A DNA stretch of 64,000 bases from Antedon mediterranea (lineage: Eukaryota > Animalia > Echinodermata): assembly GCF_964355755.1 (NCBI RefSeq), contig NC_092671.1:16058001-16122000 (forward strand), in the 5' to 3' direction. Below, in pieces: positions 39,701 through 51,700 of the stretch. The notes under the pieces were generated by a model. The model saw only the letters and a list, made by a program, of their open reading frames with translations, did not search any database and was not told the origin of the DNA. The position numbers and the translations under genes were made by a program. How positions within the stretch are numbered: the stretch's first letter is position 1; every line of letters starts with the position of its first letter.

Positions 39701-42700
39701 TTTATTTTACTGTGTAGCTACAACAACCTATGTAGCAAACAGTGATCATCATCTCAACATAAGTAATTTTAAGTAATATTTTTTTAATAATCAGTCTGGT
39801 ATTATTGAATAAAATGTTATTTTTAAATATGCTTACTCAATTTATTTTTATATTCACACCAAAATTGAGTAATGAAAAGAAAATACTCAAATGACCACTA
39901 CAGTACTACTCTTTATTTTGGCCAATTTACTGTGTTACCTGCACAGAAAAGTAGGCCCCTATTAAATTTCAAGATCCAATGACCTGTGGAAAGTCACATG
40001 ACCAGTTTGAGGTTGTTGCCTTTGGCATTGGGCTCATCATTATTAAAGTGCTCGATCCAGAGTTAACAACTTCTAACTGAGGTCTATGTGATTCTTTCGC
40101 AGGTAAGTTTATGATATTTTATATTCCTTTTAACTTATATATATTATAATTATGACAATTTGTTATGTTATGTTTCATAAGGATACTGAGTTATTTCTCC
40201 AGTACCCAGATTGAAATTATTAAGTAAGAAACTGAGAGGATAAACAGAGCGAATACTGTGATCAGATGATTGTTGTTCATTTTAGAAAACAATCATTATA
40301 TTTTAAGGTTAATGCTAGATGATTAAGTTATGTATTTAGTACAGGATAGAGATAATAGCTAAATGTTTATACTTTCATTTTATGTCAATATAATGTAACG
40401 AATTATTAGGCTCAATAGCTATTAGAGGCCCTGTTAACAAAAAGAGTATATACAGTACAGTGTATAGGGTTAATGACCTTGCCATTAATTGCTGTGGTAT
40501 GTAAGGCTCTGCTAGTGGAACTGGCCGTTACTATGGTAACCAAGGTAGTGAGTCATTGTTGCACTGATAACTACACCCAGGGTACCAATTTAGAATTGGG
40601 TTTTATAACTATGCTGGTTTCCTTATTTAGAAATCACATATGCTAGTGTAGAGTTGTATACACTGATAAGATGACCTTAAATTAATGTATCATGTTTTTG
40701 GTTTAATTCAGTCAGATAATTCAATCAATAATTAACGAGTTTATGTAGAGATTATTTAGTTAGTTATTAAACATAATGTTTGGTAAAGGACCAATAGCTA
40801 GATTGATGTATTAGTTAAATTGTTTCATGTGTTAACACTCGTCATTATGATTGTAGTGTGTTAAGATTATTAAAGTGCTCGATCCAGAGTTAACAACTTC
40901 TAACTGAGGTCTATGTGATTCTTTCGCAGTCGAATATCCTGAACCGTAAAATCTGGCGATCCTGCCAGGACTATTCTGACAGAAAGATAAACATGGACCT
41001 CCAGACACTGGAGAGAGAAGTGAAGGATTGCTTGTATAAGCTAACCCTTCCTCAGCTAAAAGAGGTGGCTGGGGCAATCAAACAGGATGCAGGAATTGCA
41101 GACAAGCCAATCCGGGCAGTGTTAAAACATATTCTAAGATACCTCGAGAGCGAGGAGGTAGAGGCGCTCGAGGATGGAGGTGAGAGCGTCCTGTTGGTGG
41201 TAAGAACAAAAATGGAAGAGTTTAGAACATCCCCAACAAGCTCAACCGAAACCGAAACCACACGACCATTGCCGTCATCTATTGAGATGTTTAAAAGAGA
41301 ATTAAAGATAAAGGGACAGATTGGGTCTACTGGACAAACTGACAAACTATCCTATTTAAGCGTGATGAGACAGATAGAAGACAGTCTCACCCGTGGTTAC
41401 AACCGTAGCGCCATTTTAAATGCTGTAACTATGGCTGTAACAAGTGGAACTCCACTCCGAGGCTATCTAGAAAGTCGACCAGAAATGAGCCTAGCTCAAC
41501 TCAGACGAGTCCTACGGTCCCATTTTAAGGAAGGAGATGCATTGGACTCTTACCAACAACTATCTGCCGCTTACCAACAGCCAGATGAATCGGCCCAAGA
41601 GTTCGTTGTCAGAGCTATGAATCTCCGTCAAAAGGTGAGGTTTTCATCCAATGAGGAAGGGGCACCACTGATGTATGATGATCAATTGTTGAGAAGCACG
41701 TTCCTCCAAACACTGCAGACAGGTCTTAGAGGAAACTTGCGCATTGAGATGAGAGAGCACCTTCAGGAACCCAATATCTCAGATGAAGACCTCCTTGAGA
41801 GACTAGCCAGAGTGGAAAACCTCGAAGATAAACGGAAACAGAAACAATGTACATCAAATACTGTAAAGGTTGCCAGTGCAACCGTTACCACATCTTCGCC
41901 CAGTGATGAAATCAAGATGCTGGTAGAAGGTTTGAAGACACTACAGGCAAGTGTTTCCGCTTTACAGGGAGTTGTACAACACACAAACAAAGGTAGACGG
42001 AAGTCAAGAGGAAGAGGATGTAACAGTTGCAAGCAGGACGGTAAGGGAGATGATTGTAGGCATTGTTACAAGTGTGGAGGTGACAACCATTTCGCTAGGG
42101 CTTGCACCACCAACCAGGGAAACGGACCCCGATCATCCCAACGGGACTTGGAATGATCGTAGAAAAACCCAACATGTCCCCTAACTCCAAGAAGCGTGAG
42201 ATAGAGGTGGCCAAAGGTGATCACATGTATCAAGGCCAGTCTGGGATTGATCACTCGAAAGGAAGTCACAGTAACCAGTCGAAGTTTGATCCAGAAAAGA
42301 AGCACCAAATTAGCCACCTCACACCTGGGCAACACCTAAGATTAGTCAACCTCATAGGTAGACGATGCACTGTCAAATGCAAATTAAACGGGAACATTGA
42401 AGAGGTTCTATGGGACACAGGTTCTCAAGTGTCGATAGTGTCTCAGACATGGTGGAAGACAAATTGCCAAGGTGAACCGCTGAGGAATTTAAGGGAGCTT
42501 TTGCAATCAGATCTCAAACTTACTGCTGCAAATGGTACTGATATACCTTATATAGGATGGCTTTCTCTGAAATTTCAACTTTTATCTATTAATAATAATG
42601 ATACCTCAACATTTTCTACTTTAGTACCAGTCTTAGTAACAGCTGATGAACTTCCACAACCAATCATTGGCTACAACGTAATCAAGGAAATTGTACAAAT

Positions 42701-45700
42701 TGAGCAACCAGAACTTGTTAGGACAGTAAAAACATCATTTTCAAAATGTAATAACATCAAAGCTCAGAAGTTAATTTCAATGATGCGAAATTCCGATCCT
42801 ACAGATTTTTGCAATATATATTCAGGAAATTTGGTACATGAGGTCCCAGCGAAACAGACAACGTTCATACGAGTTAGAGCTATAACTGGTCCTATCCAGG
42901 AGAAGATGATGGTGATAATTGAACCATTACTTGAACCACATCTCCCCGATGGATTAGAAGTCAACGAAAATGTAGTAGAGCTAACATGCCGTCCCTGTAA
43001 TGATATCAGAGTCTCAGTTACCAACAAAACGGACCAAAATTTGATAATTCCCAAGAAGACCTTATTGGGGAAGTTACAACTTGTGAGAGCTATCTATCGA
43101 GGTGTGTTCGAAGCTGGAAGCGATGAAGTTGTGCCAACAGTAGGGGTACAGACGGCCAGAGTAGATGTGACGCCAGAAATCAATACTAGAAACTGGAAGT
43201 CTCAACTTGACTTGAGTCATCTAAGTTGCGATCAACAGCATATAGTAAATCAGATGCTTGACGAAGAATCCAATAGTTTCTCCCACGGTGAGCAAGACAT
43301 GGGTTCGATACCAAGCCTACAAATGAAGATTAACTTACTCGATAACATCCCAGTCCAGAAGACGTATCAGTCCATACCAAGACCTCTTTTTCAGGAAGTC
43401 AAAGACTACCTTACTGATTTAATTGATCGAGGGTGGGTCGTCAAATCCAAATCTCCGTATGCATCACCCGTCGTGTGCGTTCGTAAGAAGGATGGAGGAC
43501 TTCGTTTATGCATTGATTATCGGGAGTTAAACCGCAAGACGATCCCTGATTGCCAACCTATTCCCCGAATTCAAGACGTTCTCGACAGCCTTGGTGGGAA
43601 CCGCTGGTTTAGTACCCTTGATCAAGGAAAGGCGTACCATCAAGGATATATGACAACCGATAGCAGACCACTCACCGCTTTTGTAACACCTTGGGGTCTT
43701 CATGAATGGGTCCGAATACCTTTTGGACTCAAGAATGCCCCAGCTGCATACCAACGATGCATGGAAGACGCATTAGAAGGTCTAAACCACCAAATCTGTG
43801 AGGTCTACCTAGACGATATTATTGTTTATGGGAAGACATTCGAAGAACATCAAATCAACCTACAGAAAGTACTAAAACGTATACAAGAAAAAGGAATGAA
43901 ATTAAAACCTGCCAAATGCAAACTGTTTCAATCTGAAGTGAAGTACTTGGGGAAAATCATTAGCCACGAAGGCTACCGGCCTGACCCTCGAGACACCGAA
44001 GCATTATACACCTTGAAGTCCAACATTCCTCGGACTGTAGGGGAAGTAAGAAAACTGCTAGGATTTACGGGATATTACCGTCGGTATCTTAGGGACTACT
44101 CCAAGCGAGCCAAACCATTATTTGTGCTGCTAACTCAAGCTGGTACTACTACAAAGAATAACCAATCAACCAATAAAAAGAACCAGAGAAAGAAACAGAA
44201 GAAACACAGTAATAGAAAGGACAACGGACAAGTTCCATCTTCAACTCCCATAACATGGCTCCCAGAGTACCAACAAATAGTTGATTCATTCATTGACGAG
44301 TTAAGCCGAGCTCCGATTATGGCATTTCCTGATTTTGAGAGACCGTTTGAGCTGCATACAGATGCCTCACAAGATGGACTTGGTGCGGTCTTATATCAAC
44401 GCCAAGATGGAGTACTACGAGTCATAGGATACGGATCTCGTTCCCTTACACCAGGGGAAAAGAATTATCACCTTCACTCAGGCAAGCTGGAATTCCTAGC
44501 TCTGAAGTGGGCCATAACTAGTCACTTCAGAGATTACCTATCCTTTGCAAAGTCATTTACCGTTTATACGGACAACAATCCTCTAACTTACATACTAACC
44601 ACTGCCAAATTGAATGCCGTAGGTCATAGATGGGTTGCAGAACTTGCAGACTTTAATTTTACCATTAAATACAGGCCAGGTCGCAACAACGAAGATGCAG
44701 ATGTACTATCAAGAATTCCGATGTCACCCAGTGAATTTGATCAATGTACTGAAGAAATTTCACCATTGGTAATGGATGCTGTTGTTCAAGGTATTGCAAT
44801 ACAACAAACAGCTGACTTTGCTTACATCAATCATATCGTTACCGATCATGTGCATATACAGGACCAACCATTTGGCATCACACCGAACCTATCTACATTA
44901 TCAATTGCGGAAGTACGTTTGGCTCAAGAAGATGACCCTGCCCTTGCAAGATTCCGAGAATACAAAACCAAAGGTAGATGGCCCACTAGATCCGAGCGCA
45001 CCAATGAGATTCCTGAAACCAGGACCCTGATGCGGGAGTGGAGTAAAATCAATCTTGATAAAGATGGTATTCTTCGCCGGACGACGAAGACTAGGACACA
45101 ACTATTGATCCCGAAAAGCCTTCGTCCGATGATACTCAAATCGCTACATAATGAGATGGGACATCTTGGCACTGAGAGGGTACTTATACTAATCCGAGAG
45201 AGGTTCTACTGGCCTCACATGGAAACTAACATCAACCATTATATAAAACAAGAATGTAGCTGTGTGAAAGACAAGAAGCCATCCAGAATTACACGTGCAC
45301 CTCTGGTAAACATCAAGACATCGGAACCATTTGAACTTGTCTCCATAGATTTCCTTCACCTTGACAAATGTAAAGGAGGATATGAGTACATCCTCGTAGT
45401 GATGGATCATTTTACAAGATTCGCTCAGGCTTATCCAACCACCAACAAGTCGGGCAAGACAGTTGCTGACAGGATTTTTAACGACTTTGTTCTGAAGTTC
45501 GGTTATCCACGCAGACTACATCATGACCAGGGTCGTGAATTTGAAAACTCTCTATTTCGACGCCTTGAACAACTCAGTGAAGTCAGGGGTTCCCGAACTA
45601 CACCATATCACCCTCAGGGGAATGGACAGGTCGAGAGGTTCAACCGAACCCTGTTGTCAATGCTCCGCACTTTAACTACAGAGCAGAAGCATGACTGGAA

Positions 45701-48700
45701 ACAACATCTCAACAAGGTTGTTCATGCCTATAATGTTACTCGACATGAAAGCACAGGTTACTCACCTCATTACTTATTGTATGGGCGGTCACCCCGACTG
45801 CCAATTGATCTTGCATTTGGATTATCCCCAGATGGTGATGCCGCTGCAAGTGAACACCATGAATATGCCAAGAACTGGAAAATGAGGATGGAAGAGGCAT
45901 ACGCTTTAGCTAGATCGAACATGCAGAAATTAGCAGAAAGAAGTAAACACCGACATGACCAACAACGGCCAATCAGTACATCATTATCACCAGGTGATAG
46001 AGTCCTGATCAAGAACTGTGTTCCACCAGGTGGTCCTGGGAAACTTCAAAGCTTCTATGAGGACAGAATATACATAGTGGTGGCGCAAAAACAGGAGTTG
46101 CCAGTGTATGAAGTTCGCCCAGAAAACGGTAATGGTAGAGTACGGACCCTACATAGGAATTTACTTTGTCCCTGTGACGCTTTAGTACCAGATACTCAAA
46201 ATGTTGCATCGAAAAAGAAGACAAAGATAACTCCAGAACAACGATTACCTAGTGATCCGACGGAGAAGGCTACACCACAACCTGAGACAGATTCAGTAGG
46301 TTCGGATGAAGAAGATGAAGTATATTTACAATATCCCCTATTAACCAATCCAGAACCACAATATGCATGTACCAGTAATGATTCATTGGTACAAGTTGAA
46401 CCATATGCCACCCCACCAACAGCAGAGGATTCTACTGTGGATGAAAAGCACATGGAGGCAGCCGGCGACACACAACATGCTGATATGGATGAACCAGTTA
46501 GTTCAAATGAACAGGTACCAGCAGCAGAGATTGGACGACCAGTTCGTCATCGCCAACCTCCTACTTTGTTTGGCTACCACAACTTGGGCACACCAGCACC
46601 AGGCTGTATGCAGATAAATGGTGCTAACACCAGACCACTACAAAATCCATATTGGGACAACCACTACCGGAATGGACCTATCCAATTTTATCCACAACCA
46701 ACTCAATATGCAACTCAACAACCAATCTGTACAGAATTTCATCCTACCAGACAATGGATACCACCTACTGTACCAGGCCAATATCCAATGTTTCACAGAA
46801 AGTGTTAGGATCTTATCTTATCTTATCTTATCTTATGTAGAGATTATTTAGTTAGTTATTAAACATAATGTTTGGTAAAGGACCAATAGCTAGATTGATG
46901 TATTAGTTAAATTGTTTCATGTGTTAACACTCGTCATTATGATTGTAGTGTGTTAAGATTATTAAAGTGCTCGATCCAGAGTTAACAACTTCTAACTGAG
47001 GTCTATGTGATTCTTTCGCAGTCGAATATCCTGAACCGTAAAATCTGTAACTAGTCAATTACAGTTACATGATGGATAAAATATATTGTGCTAATTAAAC
47101 AAAGTCTCATTTGAGGCTCAAGTTACAACCCTGCTACTATGTCAGGATTTAAGTCTGGGCCTTGTGATTGTATAAGGCAAGTTATAGCGCCACTATTAAT
47201 TTGAACCACAATATACACAATCATTATTTACCTTCTTGAATGCAAGTTTTTGGCTATTTGTAAATTTCATTATAATATAATGTTTACATAAAACAATCAA
47301 CAAAACATAAAGAAATAATTTTTTTTTACATGGCACCAATTAACAAATAATAACATTTAACACAAAAGGAGATACAGTACAAATTTTAGATCGTTTTAAT
47401 TTTGACTACTACGCCTTCTATTCTACAGTAAAACAGCGATGTTTGCCAACTAATATAAAGAGTTGGAAAACACCATCTTCCGTTGCGTCAGTCAAACAAC
47501 AAGTGAATGTAGCTTACAGTATTGTAAGTTATTCATTTTCTATCTTGCATCGCTACACTTAAATTAAATACAGCACACTGACTGACACAGTACATTAGCA
47601 TACAATCAACAGTTTAAACCTATTACTAAGTATAAATTAGATATTGATCTCACATAGAATCATTTGAAGCTATAACAATATAAATCATAGTCAATTATTT
47701 AATTTTATTTTTTAAATTAAATTAAGAACTTCACCACAAATACCATATCAGTGAAAATAGCAAATTAAGTTGGTGTTTTTAATCACTATTTTGGTACAGT
47801 AATAATAATAATATCATTAAAGCCTGGTTTCCATAAAATCGGTACACCGTCGCTACAGCGTTTCCATTAAAATCGCTACACGCGCAGATGTTGCCGACGC
47901 AATCGGGAAGGCTCCCCGATTCATCGCAGTCAAATCGGCAAAGTTCAACCATGTTCAACTTTGCCGATTTTGTCAGTGATGAATCGTATACGCGTATCAA
48001 AGAATATTTAGTGCTCGTGTACTAGATCCCCGATAAATTCTAGCGTTTCCGTAGAATCGCTACGCTCTGTCGTGTAGCGATTTTATGGAAACCGGGCTTA
48101 ACTGTGATTTAATGTATGTGATCGAATGAGAGGTGAAATTATGTTTGTTTCCTTAGCTAGTAGAGAGGTTTCGCAATCTTACGAATACGATAACGAAAAC
48201 GGATACGTCATGCACACGTATTCGTTTTCGTAAGCCATAAAAAAATCTGTTTTGCATGGCAACGAAATATTGAGGCGCGTCCAAAATATGACTGCGGTAA
48301 ATTTGAGCGAAGCGCAGGTACGTGTTGCTTGGTGCTTGGCTGCCTAGGCCTAGCGTAACATCAAAGCGAGTGAGGACTTTAAAAACTGCTATTTATCAAA
48401 ATTGACTTGGCATTTTAGTAAATTACTTTAGTAAATTACTTTCAATAAATCTATAATTATATTATAATCAAAAACTCGTTTTGTAGTTACGAATATGACT
48501 GGTGATATTCGTCAACACGAATACGCTTTACAAATATGAAATAGGGATCAGCTCAAAAGTTTCACAAATGTATGACGTATCCGTTTTCGTTATCGTATTC
48601 GTAAGGTTGCGAAACCTCCCTATTAATATTGTACTTTGTCCAGTACTCCAACCAATTAGTGCATCCAATACAACCCCAGTCAACAATTATTTTTCAATAA

Positions 48701-51700
48701 AGCATACAGTATTGTAGGTCCAACTAAGCTCCTCTAGGCATACAAATTATACTGTATGCATCTAAAATCTATGCAGCTTAAAGGAAAACATCCATGCTTA
48801 GTCGCAAGGGCGGGCAGTCTATTAACGCAGGTGCTTTCCTTTTTATCCAACCTCTCAAATGTTTCTATATACTCACCACAATCTCATCAATTTTTCTTTT
48901 TATTTCAGGTCTGAAAAATACAAATAAAACATAAATTTGAGGAGTAAAAAATAAAAAGGCAACACAGTCAAATTTGCCTATTTTTCTAATTTCTGATATT
49001 TTAAAGATATTATAGACATGTACAGTAGTGTACGGTTGGATTAAACAATTAATAGTGTAGGCCCACCATCTTATCTACAGTACATACAATAGGCCCACGA
49101 TTTAGTCTCGGCAGCGTAACGCCAGGCCTCGAATTTTACCACGGCCAGTGCCGTCGGTGCCCTCCCAGTTGGCCTCAATGCCCTCGAAAATGAATAGCAC
49201 CCACGGCCACTACTGGCCTGCCCTTTTTTTGCGTTGGCCGCGAGTGCCCTTCCCGAGTTTTACCACAATAAAAACCACTGAATTAGATAGAAAATAAGGC
49301 CTAAAAAAAAAAATTGTTTGTTTGCTGTCAAGTTTTTTTATTTTGGTAGGCGGGGGCGGGTGGAAAAAAGTTAATTTCTCTGTTATTATTAATTGCTCGC
49401 GAATTTGAGAGTAACAAAACACACTGAATAAAACAACGAGCTCAAACAATTGGCCCTCCCATTTGGCCTTGGTGCCCCTAAAATCAATGAAAACCGGAGG
49501 CCAAATGGCCTTGCCCCTAAAATCCCCAAATTCGAGGCCTGAGCGTACATCCGGCCAAATAGTTTAACCACTGCATAGGGCGGCTATAAAAATGGTGATT
49601 ATTAACTCTATGAACCACCCTATAATTAACGCGTAGATAATTATCATAACAATCGTATAGTACAGTAGGCTATATTCACAACAATAACCTATGATCTACC
49701 TGGTTTATCCAGGTAGGATAGGCACAAAATATACTAATCAAATACTGTAGTGGTACTACTTCTACAGTACAGGACAGAATTATTGCAAAAATCCCAACGC
49801 ATTCAACACGTTGTCGTTGCGTTGTGTTTGCGTTGCGTTGAACGGCTTTCAACGTTTAGTTGTTTATTCAACGAAAGTCATTATCAGCATGTCAAGTAAA
49901 CAATTAGTTATTTCAACGCTAGCTGCTGCAGCACTAGACTGGCCGATTGCACGCCTGAACGATCAGTAACAACAACAGGCAAAATACCCATCGGCAGTCA
50001 CTACCAGATATTTTAATATAAATAAAATATATTTGAAGCTTAGATATATTTTTAAGTAATAGTATTGAACGGACAGTTACCAAATAAAACACACAGTGAT
50101 ATTTCCCAGTGTTTAGTGAAGGAAAACATCGAATAATAAGGTCGATGCCAAGTCTAACAGTTAACACTGTACTGTAGGCCTTCCGGGGGAAAACACGATC
50201 TCACGTCGTAAAATCAAACAACGTGGAAATTACTGACATCAACACACGAGGCCGCCACCCTGGTTTCCTCGAGAAAAACACCACGTGTGTTATGACGTAT
50301 TTAACGATCGTTAATGACGACGAAGTAATTAATTTTATTTAGGCCTACATTTTTTAGCTGTTCGAGATTCAAGAGATAAAGTTAAAATATTGTTTCTCTA
50401 TTTTGGTTTTTATTTTATAATTGTCCCATTGTTTGTTGTAATGTAATTTGAAAGAACTAAAAAATTTGACGTGTCCGACACCCATCCATGAACCAATTTA
50501 AATCTTTATAAATCGAACAACATTACATTTTTAAGTACAACAAGCGTTTTGAATACGTTAACAATAGAGCGTGTTGAATGTGTTGAACCCGTTGACCGTT
50601 CATTGACGACGTTAAACAATTGAATCCCATAGCGTTGAACGCGTTGAAAACGTTGCGCGTTTTGAAAAGCATCACACTGTAAACTGATTAAAATGTTGGC
50701 TGTTCGCTCGCATATTCTCGCAACTCCCATCCCATTCATACAGTTTCAGGAGGAGGCCAATATAATTATATTAAGAAACAATAGTATGTTAAAGAGAAAA
50801 CGCCTAAACCTCGCGCCTGTAATAATATATTGTCTTGCATCAGAATAAAGTGGTTCTTTATTCTGAATTGTTTGGTTATTCAAATATTTGTGGGTTACAC
50901 CTTGGCGTGAATAATATGGTATGGCACAGGTTTTGATTTTAAAGAAAACGCCTAACATTGCCTATTGTCATCAAATTGGTCATTCCTATTTCTTGGTTAT
51001 TAAATTTAACGCTTTTCTCTGCATGGGGTTACGTTAGGCACCACAATAATTAATTTATAATATAATACATGATAATGATATATTTATGGATAATAATAAA
51101 ACTAAACGATTTTTTCCCTTTTAATTATTACGCGTAATATTTCATAATGAATGAACTCTTCACCTTTCGATCAGTTCGTCCCTCACGTCACGAAAAGCAT
51201 GCGTGAAAAGGACGACGTCCGACGACCATGCTGGATCGTTATGTTGGTGGTGTATTGTTGCCTTCCATGGCGGCGGCGGGTGTAGGCTACGTTGTTTTTA
51301 TAAATAATCGAGAAAAATGTAGTACAGTACTGCGAAGTTTTTAGTTTGGAAATAATTAATTACGATGTGACCTAGCCTCCAAGATTCACCGCCGCCTTAA
51401 CTTTGGTATTTAATACTCCAGTTAATATAGGCACACAGTAATTGAGGACATGACCACTACTTTTAACTGCGATGGCAGACGCGACTCATATACACACGGG
51501 GCCTACTCGTTAGTAGTAGGCCTAGCCTAGTGTAATATATTAAGCTAGGTTTCCGCGGAAAAATACACATTATGTTTGTTTTCTTAAATATTTGTAATAC
51601 TGTATTTTATACTATTACTACTACTACTAATACACACTGGCAATCTGTAAATACCATACGAATCCGATTGTTCGTTATTTCAACGCAAACTCAACGCAAC

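Larger units (their letters stand above)
40741..47045 (+). mobile_element. Intact Ty3/Gypsy LTR retrotransposon, antisense in RFX intron 2; true outer boundaries uncertain (possibly ~39950-47069)
   Basis: Identical 213-bp direct repeats, a PBS, and uninterrupted gag and pol in PR-RT-RH-IN order. Confidence 0.95.

Noticed and set aside
40267-40276. TGAT|TG as the Gypsy 5' end with a TGAT TSD matching 47070-47073; also TGTAAC at 40394 and 38818
   Set aside because: Such short matches are expected by chance in AT-rich DNA, and none gives both matching termini and a TSD.
41052-46471. Antisense and alternate-frame ORFs within gag-pol
   Set aside because: They are short shadows of the long coding frame with no recognisable domains.
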